This document shows, piece by piece, positions 25,616-35,623 of a stretch of 64,000 nt of DNA. The notes beneath the pieces were generated by a model. It did not search any database and was not told where the DNA came from. It was given only the letters and a program-made list of their open reading frames with translations. Every line of letters begins with the position of its first letter. Within the stretch, counting starts at the first letter, position 1. The translations under genes were made by a program, and so were the position numbers. The stretch lies in NCBI GenBank assembly GCA_004764695.1, contig SMSO01000034.1:2728001-2792000 (forward strand). Reading direction: 5' to 3'. The stretch comes from Schizochytrium sp. TIO01. Its lineage: Eukaryota; Protista; Bigyra: Labyrinthulomycetes.

Positions 25616-28600
25616 TCAAGAAACGAGACATCGAAAATGTGGAGACGTGGCCTTATCTGAATAGCGATCCCACTTCTCAGCATCCTCGGATGACGTATTC
25701 GCATTTTCCATTGTTAAATGTGTAGACGGACTTTCTACATCAAATGAAGCCTGAGATGATAAACGAAGCGAGTTTTGGCGAGGAAGTGACGTATTGTCAA
25801 TAGCTGCAACATTAACAGCGCGGTCACATGAATAGCATGAACCCATGCAAGGGCAAAGACGGTCACGTAAGGTAGCGTCGCAGCAGCAGAGGTATACTAA
25901 GAGAACAAGTATGGCACCTCCAATTGCAGCAACTACTGATGCTATTATTATAAGCTTGCGCCATGAAATCGATGAGCTGTTGTTGCTCAACGATGTAACT
26001 CCGACCGGCAGATTATCAAAGCAGATTTTACTTGTAGTATTGCATTCCAGCATGTAGTAGCAGTCGCTATCAGATTCACAAGTCTGGCCTCCGACGCAAG
26101 GCAGGCAAGAGTCGCCTCCACAGTCAACATCAGTCTCGTCACCATTCTGGACACCATCAAAGCATGTTATGGTGGTTTCAGTTGTTTTACCGTCACTACT
26201 TCGTGTACTTATCGTAGTTTCTGCAGTTCCGTCTTTTACATCTGAAATTGACCCTTCGCACGATCCCTGATAGCAGTGACCACTGTCGCACGGGGTTCCA
26301 TCTAGGACTGGAACTGGTGCAATGTTGTAGCATTTCCCGTCAGTGCGACGGCATCGTAGGAAGTCACAAGAGTCAGTGTTACAGACACCTCCGAAGTATC
26401 CTCTGATTTCGCACTGAAAAACCCGTGATTGACACTCTCCTCTGTAACACGCCCCAGACTCTGAACCCTCTGATAGAGTGCACGAAGTCCCCGTGTCTGC
26501 AAATTCATCCTCTGGGCATGAGGCAGACGTCCCATCACATACTTCATCTGAATCACAACCACTGTCGTCGCGTGCAGCGCGACAAACATATTGTTCAGAG
26601 GCCAGACGTGCTGTACATGTATCGGGGGAACAACATCCATCTGATAGCACTGAGCAGGTTGCATTCGTCTGTAACATGCAAGTTGATCCATCGCAGCAAG
26701 GGTCTCCAGCAGCAGTACAGTCATTAAAAAGACAATCACACTCTTCGTCTTCTTCTACCACACCATTGCCACACACTGCTTCTGAGTTCGTAGAATCAGA
26801 TACTGAACTCACTTGCATGCAATTTTGGTTGCTCATTGTGTCCAAGAGATTCTCAAACCACTCTAAGGTACAATTGCTCCACTCAGGTTTACCCGTGGAT
26901 GTGACTGAATCCATGACGTAGTTGTGACTTGATGATGCACACGTGGTGCTACTGGGAGACTCGACATTTGTATGCTGTGCGCCGAGACCGTGCATCAGTT
27001 CATGAGCCATTGTATTAGCAACATACTGAGTGGCAAGAAAGTCTGCCTCGGTGATGCTTGTTTTGTAATAAGAATTACATACTGTACTAGTATATGCAAT
27101 CCCAATCACAGAAGGTCCTGAGCTAGTGCTGTAAAGGTCGTACCCAGTGAGTAGTTGTGTAAGATCATAACTCGGAAGAACGTCTTTGTAATTTGCGATC
27201 CACGCTGTGAAGTTAGTAAGAAGGTTGTTAACTTCGATACTCTCGCCTGTACTCGAGAACATGTTAGGCCATGGCGCAGTCTCATTGATTACCAAAATTC
27301 CTGCGACCTGAATTTGTATAACCTGCGATGATGGGAATCCACGATATATCTCCTCTACAAGGCCAAGAAGGTAAGCAGCCACAGAGAGGAGAACATTTTC
27401 ATCATCATAGACCTGGTGCATTCTTGCATCGGTAACAAGAAGAACACGAACATAGTGAGTGCTATTCGTAGACGTGGATCGAGTAGATGCAGAGCCTGCG
27501 GATGCAGAACGAGTGAGTGAAAGCGTTGCAGAACGGGAACTAGAGCTGTTGCCTGATGAATAATTTCCATACCCAACTACATACAATTCAGAATTGGAAG
27601 TTGTCAGACCACATCCATTGGGTGCAACAGATGCACCTGTGTTGTCAACCTTGACGTCATCATAACTGTCGCCTGTATCCACCAGGTCATCATCATCGTT
27701 GCCATCAGCAGATTCACCTTGTTCGATTGAGTTTTCGCTACTTGCAGATGTTGTCGGTTTTGCAGTTGGCTGTGTCGTAGAGTCTTCTGTACAATTCTTA
27801 GGGCCCGAGGTAAACCCCAAGGAAGTAGAAGTAGATGTTATTGATATCCATAGCTTACACCAATACCTACCTGTCAAGCTGCGGCCATTAAAGAAAGACC
27901 AATAATTGCATGATGACAAGCTCTGGCAATAATCCTGGCAAGCATCACTGTCGCCGTATGAGTCATTCATATACTCCCATCTAAGCAATTGACCCTGAAA
28001 CTTGGTACTCGCTTCATGACAGCCATCGACATATACTTCTGAAATTGAAGTAGTTGTGCAATTCTTTGGTCCTGAGGTAAACCCAACAGAGCCATCCGTA
28101 ATATTTGTTTGAGACGACCAAAGTTTACACCAGTATCGATCTGAAGTTGCTCGGCCATCAAAGAAAGTCCAGTAGTAGCATGACGTGCTTTCTTGGCAGA
28201 AAGTTTGACATGCATCTACACTATCGTAAATACTACTTTGGTACTCGTACGTAACAAGGTCACCTGCAAATTTAGTATCATCTTCATAGCAGCCACTAAC
28301 AAAAGTGACTGGTGCTTGTGTTGGTGCGACGGTTGAGACAACTGGGCTTGGTGTTGGCTGCGTGGTGCAGTTCTTGGGTCCTGAGGTAAACCCAACAGAG
28401 CCCTCCGTAATATTTGTTTGAGATGACCAAAGTTTACACCAGTATCGATCTGAAGTTGCTCGGCCATCAAAGAAAGTCCAGTAGTAGCATGACGTGCTTT
28501 CTTGGCAGAAAGTTTGACATGCATCTACACTATCGTAAATGCTACTTTGGTACTCGTACGTAACAAGGTCACCTGCAAATTTAGTATCATCTTCATAGCA

Positions 28601-30100
28601 GCCACTAACAAAAGTGACTGGTGCTTGTGTTGGTGCGATGGTTGAGACAACTGGGCTTGGTGTTGGCTGCGTGGTGCAGTTCTTGGGTCCTGAGATATAT
28701 CCACTACTCGAAATAGTATTTGTCACAGTGGAATATAATTTGCACCAATAATTGCCGGATGCACCCAACGGAAGATATGCCCAGTATACACAGGTTGAAG
28801 TTTCTTGGCAGTACTCCTGACAAGCTTCTGTTGAATTGTACAAAACGTTCCTTATTTCAGTGGAAATGACAGTTCCCGCTAGTTTTGTGTCATATTCGTA
28901 ACAGCCACTAATGTAAGTCACAGGTGCTTGAGTCGGTGCTACACTAGGGGCAAGGGATACTGTGTTGGGGCTCAGAGTAGGCGATAGCGTGCAGACTCGT
29001 GGCCCAGAAGTATACGCAGCTGAATCAGTCGAGCTCGTTACATCGGACCATAATTTACACCAAAACTTTGTAGGGCTTGATGTACGTCCGTCAAAAAAGG
29101 TCCAGTATTGACAATCGGTTGTATCTTGACAATAGGACTGACAAGCCTCCGAGCTATTGTATACTGAGCTCGCCATTGCTGATGCCAACGGGGTTCCAGT
29201 CAGCTTGGTGTTCTCCTCGTAACAGCCATCATAGATAGTAACTGGGCTCAAAGTTGGGACGTCTGTGGGATTGGCAGAGGGTGATGTGGAGGGTGATGAG
29301 GTGGTTGCATTTGCACAGTTACTCAATCCATAAGCATTTCCATTCCCTTGACCATAGCCATTGCATCCATTTGCATTGGCGAGTCGTCGTAGGTCCCCTG
29401 GAGTCTCGAACTCAGATGGAATAGCACGTTGAGATCTACTTCTATGTTGGTGCTCCGAAGTTGGATCCAAAGGATCTCGTTCTTCAACATACCCTACAAT
29501 CTTTTCTGTAAGTTGGCGCCCTCGATAAATTACATGTTTACCCGGACTTGCAAGAAGCGGCTCAACATGCCAGTCTTCTGCTGGACGTTTTGTTTCCGAG
29601 TTCGAAACAATTATACGACCTCTAATTTGGTTCGCACAGAACGAAAAAACTGCGTCCTTGCTAAAATAAATACAACTAGGCAGTTCCTGCTCTTGCTTCT
29701 GACGGCGTTCCACACGCTGTTCATTATGAGAATACGAATATACTGCAAAGTCTTGAGAGAATAGATTATGATGGCGTTGCAGAGAGATCTCGACATGCTG
29801 GTCAAAGGCTTCAAGATCAAAGTTGATAAATTCTTGATTCTGGGATTCGCTATCACCTTGGAGTACTCTTCGCAAAACCTGGTGCTCATGAAGGTCATGG
29901 AGAACGACATAGTCTTCAAGGTGAGCCAAAAGCCTTGCGTCACGTTTTTCTGCTGCCGAAAGTTGTAATCGTGCTTCCCTAGGGTCTTCTAGTTTTTGTG
30001 CACAGGTTTGGCTTCTAGAATCAAACTGCAAGTAACCTATCAAAGCCACAAGCAATACTCTTGATGCGAGATGCTTGCACCATTTTACTGTAGTGGTCAT
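25616..30100 (-). CDS. ADAM-like membrane-anchored metzincin (M12B/reprolysin) with five PAN/Apple modules, disintegrin and Cys-rich domains, type I TM
   Basis: N-terminal hydrophobic signal; prodomain (FDLEAFDQHVEISL, SCIYF...FSFC); zinc motif HELMHGLGAQH (26972-27004); Met-turn YVMD and WSNC; disintegrin CGNGVVEEDEECDC...CCDGSTC...CRAA...CDSDEVCDG; TM IIIASVVAAIGGAILVLLVYL; short cytoplasmic tail. Confidence 0.93.
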   Translation of the reverse strand: MTTTVKWCKHLASRVLLVALIGYLQFDSRSQTCAQKLEDPREARLQLSAAEKRDARLLAHLEDYVVLHDLHEHQVLRRVLQGDSESQNQEFINFDLEAFDQHVEISLQRHHNLFSQDFAVYSYSHNEQRVERRQKQEQELPSCIYFSKDAVFSFCANQIRGRIIVSNSETKRPAEDWHVEPLLASPGKHVIYRGRQLTEKIVGYVEERDPLDPTSEHQHRSRSQRAIPSEFETPGDLRRLANANGCNGYGQGNGNAYGLSNCANATTSSPSTSPSANPTDVPTLSPVTIYDGCYEENTKLTGTPLASAMASSVYNSSEACQSYCQDTTDCQYWTFFDGRTSSPTKFWCKLWSDVTSSTDSAAYTSGPRVCTLSPTLSPNTVSLAPSVAPTQAPVTYISGCYEYDTKLAGTVISTEIRNVLYNSTEACQEYCQETSTCVYWAYLPLGASGNYWCKLYSTVTNTISSSGYISGPKNCTTQPTPSPVVSTIAPTQAPVTFVSGCYEDDTKFAGDLVTYEYQSSIYDSVDACQTFCQESTSCYYWTFFDGRATSDRYWCKLWSSQTNITEGSVGFTSGPKNCTTQPTPSPVVSTVAPTQAPVTFVSGCYEDDTKFAGDLVTYEYQSSIYDSVDACQTFCQESTSCYYWTFFDGRATSDRYWCKLWSSQTNITDGSVGFTSGPKNCTTTSISEVYVDGCHEASTKFQGQLLRWEYMNDSYGDSDACQDYCQSLSSCNYWSFFNGRSLTGRYWCKLWISITSTSTSLGFTSGPKNCTEDSTTQPTAKPTTSASSENSIEQGESADGNDDDDLVDTGDSYDDVKVDNTGASVAPNGCGLTTSNSELYVVGYGNYSSGNSSSSRSATLSLTRSASAGSASTRSTSTNSTHYVRVLLVTDARMHQVYDDENVLLSVAAYLLGLVEEIYRGFPSSQVIQIQVAGILVINETAPWPNMFSSTGESIEVNNLLTNFTAWIANYKDVLPSYDLTQLLTGYDLYSTSSGPSVIGIAYTSTVCNSYYKTSITEADFLATQYVANTMAHELMHGLGAQHTNVESPSSTTCASSSHNYVMDSVTSTGKPEWSNCTLEWFENLLDTMSNQNCMQVSSVSDSTNSEAVCGNGVVEEDEECDCLFNDCTAAGDPCCDGSTCMLQTNATCSVLSDGCCSPDTCTARLASEQYVCRAARDDSGCDSDEVCDGTSASCPEDEFADTGTSCTLSEGSESGACYRGECQSRVFQCEIRGYFGGVCNTDSCDFLRCRRTDGKCYNIAPVPVLDGTPCDSGHCYQGSCEGSISDVKDGTAETTISTRSSDGKTTETTITCFDGVQNGDETDVDCGGDSCLPCVGGQTCESDSDCYYMLECNTTSKICFDNLPVGVTSLSNNSSSISWRKLIIIASVVAAIGGAILVLLVYLCCCDATLRDRLCPCMGSCYSCDRAVNVAAIDNTSLPRQNSLRLSSQASFDVESPSTHLTMENANTSSEDAEKWDRYSDKATSPHFRCLVS
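28056..28694. repeat. Near-identical 309-bp intragenic tandem duplication (PAN modules 3 and 4 with their PT-rich linker)
   Basis: The 103-aa unit TTQPTPSPVVST(I/V)APTQAPVTFVSGCYEDDTKFAG...IT(E/D)GSVGFTSGPKNC occurs twice with only a handful of nucleotide differences. The shadow ORFs starting at 28215 and 28524 are 309 apart. Confidence 0.95.
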
Positions 30101-33100
30101 GATAAAACTGACCTCGGTATTCTAATATTAATAGTAGGCGCTAAAATTGAATACACGTGGTACCCCTCTCAAGCAAATAGCCCTCTTGATAGTTCAATTT
30201 AGCTTGTGTAGAAAGTTTTGAGTTGGGTGGCCCGGCTTTTAGCTAGAGTCTAAAGCGATTCCAGCGCGAATTCAGAAAGTTTACAAGCAGAAGTAGTAGT
30301 CACAGAAACAGGAACGAAGCAAGAGAGACGGCAGAAGAAGAAGAACCAGAAGCTTTAGTCAGCCTCGCAGAGCAGGGCACGAAGTATGCAAGAAGACGAT
30401 GCGAAGGCTTGAAAGCCTCGATAGATCAGGAGAACCTCACTCGCTTAAAAACAAACAACAAAGGCAAACAAACAATTGACGATCAAGGACTCCGTTCAAT
30501 GGCTCACTCTGGTCGTGTGTAAATAGCTATGTTAGTGTCCGCTTTGCAGAATCAAACGTAGGCGAAAGCTGCCTCAGGCGAAACTGTTTTGCTTCACCTG
30601 CCTCCCTTTTCTAGCGCTGGATTGCCTTCCGAACTGAGACAAACCTCGGCTGACGCTCGTGCCGAGGCAGTCAAACACGTGCACGATTGGAGATTTGCGA
30701 ACGAAAGAAAGGCCTAGCTTCTAAGAGAAAGTAGGTAGGCCTAATAAGACGCCCTATTAGTTTGTATTTTTAAAATTAGAAAATAATTGGAAAGAAGTAA
30801 TAGTAGTCTCAGAACCTATAGCCCTCTACACTATTTTTCAGTTGACAAAGTGCTATGATAATTGCATAATTCTGGGTCTGAGTCGAGAGCAACGATACAT
30901 ACAGGCTGATAGAGTGTTTTCGAAGAATCTTGAGGACCAGACTGCGAGATGTGACACAAGGGGTATAACGTGAGAAGACTTTGTCTATATCAAAAACTTT
31001 TCTTTAAAAACAAACTGAAAGGGGAAAACAATAATATTAAAGAAAAGAAAAGAAACCTACCACTATGTTAGTATAAATGTTATCTGTTGCTTAGTTGCAC
31101 AAAGACTCTAAATGTTAGCTTCTAAGTGCTCCTGAGGGAGGAAATTAAGAAGTACATTTCTTTAAAACAAAACAAACACAAAGCACTGTATTGCGGGGGA
31201 AAAGGTGGCATTATTAGTTTAGGTAGGTAAGGGTAGTGTTTGTAAATCAATTTTTAATTATTTAAGAAAGAAGAAAAAAAGAGAAAAAGAGTACACATGG
31301 TCAGGATGTGTACGCCAAAGCCGAATGTGATTTTAGCAAGCGACAACTTCTGAATTTGGGGTAATCTCCGAGATCATATACTATTGTGTATAAGTTGGTA
31401 CTGATGCAACTTTCCAGGTAAGCTTACAACTGTTTTAAACTCGTGTTTATGATTGCTCTCTGACAAAATGCGACATTTACCATTTTCTTTGGGGAACACA
31501 TGGTGAACATGGCAAACGGTGCTGCAATTTCATTCATCAACAAGCTATATATGAAGTCCTGCTGGCCAACTTGATAGCCATTCATCAGCCTACCAGACCA
31601 GATTTAATTCATCTGGCCTGGGGCTTACATTGGAGTGGGTGAATCTCTGACCCCTCGGACAGTAACCTGAATTGGCAGAGAAACCCCTGCCTCACGAATT
31701 CGACAGAAAGATCATGGCCTGAGCTATTTACCTAGGGAGCAGTAGAATAAGTAGGATATGATTTTACTAAAAATTGGCGAGGAAACTCGGAAACGCTGCA
31801 ACTAACATTTATTCAAGAGTCACGACGGACGTAAAGATGCTTAAAGGGGCAGACACGTGGGGGTTGCGTCTCTTTTTATCTTTTCTGAGACAAAGGTAAA
31901 CCTGTGTTCAATCGGATCTCGCTGCGTTGGACGCAGCGAGATTGCTTCACCATGAGTGCTTGTTTCACTAAGGGCATGCATTGGCGGCCATGATAGCACT
32001 TTGGCAGCGACACTTTTGATCATCGATTTTAAAGGCTATGATTAAATCTAGCAACGACCTATGCTGAGAGAATTGAGAGCACGTGCTGTCGCACATTTTA
32101 CACGTGTCGTATACTATAGTGTTATAGGAGTCTTTTAAAGTCAGGACCTGTTTTAATTTTAATCCTTAGGTGGTAGGCCTACTTCATATTACGATTTATC
32201 ATCAGTATGATGATGAGTATTTTTAAAATTAAACAATTATATGCCATTGATAAGCTGAGATAAAAGATAAAAAGAAAAGAAAAGACACTCTTTCAGGTCC
32301 AAACAACCTACTGGTGAAATTAAAGTTGCCAGTAGAATAGATTATCTTTTCATGGTCTTGGCAGAAGCAATCGGCGTGGAAAAGAGTGGCTCACTGCAGT
32401 ACATTCAGACTGAAGCTAGCCTAGGTGCTGCTTCCAGAAGTACAATGACCTACTTACGATATGAGCAAGCAACAGAGGTAGAAAGTGAAAAAGAATTAAA
32501 AGCTCATCGCACTAGTGCTAGTTATTTAATTACCTACTGCTACCAGGTACCATGCACAAATTATGAGATTCATCAGCGATGACTGGCACTGAGAAAAAGC
32601 AGCTGTCCGGTTTTACTGACGTTCGTTTCCCGCAGAATACGATTAGAAAGATATGGATGTAAGCCTCATCCCCTTATAATCACGAATGACTTGCCTTGCA
32701 AACGAGTGTCGCAATAGACACAAGTAGTCAGGCCCAAGTCATTAAATTGTACTCAGTATCAAACCTCCAGAATCTAGAAAAGAAAAGATTTAAAAAGCTG
32801 TAGTAGTACTACCTATCATGAATTCTACCCAAGTGAAAGGACTGTATTGGCTACTCGCTAAGTGAAAAGTCTTAAAAACAGTGAGCAGCAAGGACTTGTC
32901 AAACTGAGCTAAGTTGTTTCTGCTTTCCAAAAGTTGGCAAATTTGCTTTTTTTCGCATAGCATGTAGCAGCTAGTGATGTCACTACGGTAGCGATGAGTG
33001 AAGAAAACATGCTGTTGTAGGCGAACCTACTCACTAGCTATACTGAGTACTACATTTGGGTGTACCCTCTCCTCTGTAGCACCAGGCTTCGAGTCTTTCC

Positions 33101-35623
33101 TTTGAGGCTTCAAATTTGCTAGATAAAATCTACCTCCTGCTGGGGAGCATTTATGTCTGCCATCCTCTGTTCTTGATTCCCTCTTTTTCCGTGTCTAACA
33201 TTACAATCAACTCGTATAAATTAAAGGTTTGACAGGGCGGCAAGCAATTGCTTATTCCAATCTGCACATGAACCAAAAAAAGAAAGAGAAAATGTAAAAT
33301 CAGATGATAAGTTCTCGCCAGCAACTCGCAAAACCTCTCAGTCTCAGACCACGCTATTGCTCGCCAACGAAGACATTCGTCATCGTATTTCTCGCTACTA
33401 GATTTAGATCCTTCAAGTTGAAAAAGGAAATGAAGATAAAGTACTACTACGGTACTCATGATTGGAAGACATGAATTTTAGGTTTGTGCATTCAGATAAA
33501 ATCTGACACGATTTTGGATTTTCAAGAACTCCAGGCCAACAAAGCTGCCCTACAACAAGCTTTTAGTAACGTGCACAAGCACTGCGATATTCACTGAAAA
33601 CGAGTCAACTAACCTGAGGCATTCCAAATTTTGCTGAACTTTGAGATGTGTGAGCAATCAATGCGGATCTAGTTAGGGCTAGATGTGCTGTGAAAGTCAT
33701 GCGCATGGTTGTGATGATTCTTTTGGCGCTGCCACTAACTTCTTTTTAATCCAACAGAGGACTTCTGTGAGTACTCGTACTTCGGGTTAATAGATTATTA
33801 GGAACAACTGAAGAATAGTGAAGAGCTGTCTTCCAGCCTAAAAGTAATAAGAGGGGGCTCCTCAACAACTTTGTTATGATTTTGCTTATTTGAAAAGAAT
33901 GTACCTTCTCAAAAAAATAATACACAGATATGCTGACATGGCATTTATTCGTCAAGGAACGCATATTAAATCACTCAAACGTCCTTGCACTCGTGGTAGA
34001 ACATTTAAATCATTAATGGACAAAACCTTTGAATGGGCTTCTTAACATATGCAGTCATTCATTCTTAATGTAGTGGTTTGATCAGGAATGGAGGGAGATC
34101 AGCACTCTCATAAACCCAAAATTCATTTGCTGTGTATCTAGCCTTTTTGATTAAAAACCTACCTTTCTTGTCGTTCAGTACTTTGGTTCGGACTTAAAAG
34201 TATAAACATAGTAGGGAAAAGAACTTAACCAATTGGTAATTTTATATCTCTGCCAGAAAGAGAAACTTGAAATAATAGCTAAAGGATATTCGGATTCTTC
34301 AAGAATTGGTTATGATACATAAATTAATTTACTGATTACGACTATGCTAAACCAAGTATCGAGCAAATGGTGCTCGATAAAGGCGATAATTTCTTCAACT
34401 GCAGCTATTCTGTTTGGAAGAAGAGATTTTAATTCTTAGGAGCAGAATCAGTATACTAGTCATGTCCAAACATCCCCTGTCAAAATATAATTGAGATTGA
34501 GCGGATAAATGAGTTATACTTCTATTAGATATTGCAATTACAATATCTAGCTGAGATAAGGTTAGATCTGACAGTTTGTTCTACGTTAATCCTCAAAGCA
34601 CAGTGGTGATATTAGTTGCTTCATTAAGCTTTTCAAAATTGCATTGGTCAAGAGAAAATAGAGCAGTACTTGCAGACGCATAGAAACATGCTTGATTCAC
34701 TTCTTGAGCCCTCCCGAAAAAATAGTTAAATGGAGGACTAAGAAGTAGTGAAGTCTGGACATCCCTTAGAATTGATGAACTTTTCCGTGTATGTAGATAC
34801 TTTATACGTTAGTAGGTAGTACATATCATATTTTCCCACCAAAGATATAGGCAACAACATGGTATGAGCATTACTGAATGTGATCTGGCCTAAAAATAAA
34901 ATGGTCTTAAGTTTAGATAGCAGGCAATTCAAGTCCTTACTCAATAGTGGGTGTCCAGGTAATAAATTAACAACATTTCTAAAATGAGCAAACATGTTTT
35001 CAAGAATGACTCTAATCGATCACATTTAAGCCTCTAAATAGTTATTTTATTTGATTATTATGACCCTTTGAATGCCAATTTGAATTGAGTCCCATATGAT
35101 AGTTTTGAGCATCGTGTTTGCATGGTGCACAATGTGACTCTATTCATGTGTTCTCTCTGGCTGCACTTGGAGAGTTGTGCAAACCTTAGGATGGACTGTC
35201 TCCTTCGTTTTGGAATACCCTCGTTCACACGGGTCAACTTTGCAAAGTGCTAACACTGGTAGGGGCTTATTAATGTTAAGTCTAATAATAAGGATTCGAA
35301 ATACATAGAAAGGGTGTAGTGACCAAACAAAACAAGACTACTAGAAGTACATATTTTGTTACGGTGCAATAGAAGTTGTGGAGCTATCGGAGCAATACAC
35401 ATCAAGCAAATAGGAATACCGAGACAAAGAATGCGTTGACCTGAGCAAACGTGAGGTCAATCGTGCTAGAACGAAACCTCGGAACAGGCAATCACAATCT
35501 TTTCAAGTGGTAGCCAGCAAGTAGTACTTTGTTGTTGGACCCTCGTCCAGAACACCATTCCGCACGCGCTACAGCGACCAAGTTTCTTCAGGTCTGAAGG
35601 CGACTATTAAACTGTCTGGGCCA

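Noticed and set aside
28056-28694. Tandem repeats as a possible CRISPR array or mobile element
   Set aside because: They are in-frame protein-domain duplications with no unique spacers, cas genes or terminal repeats.
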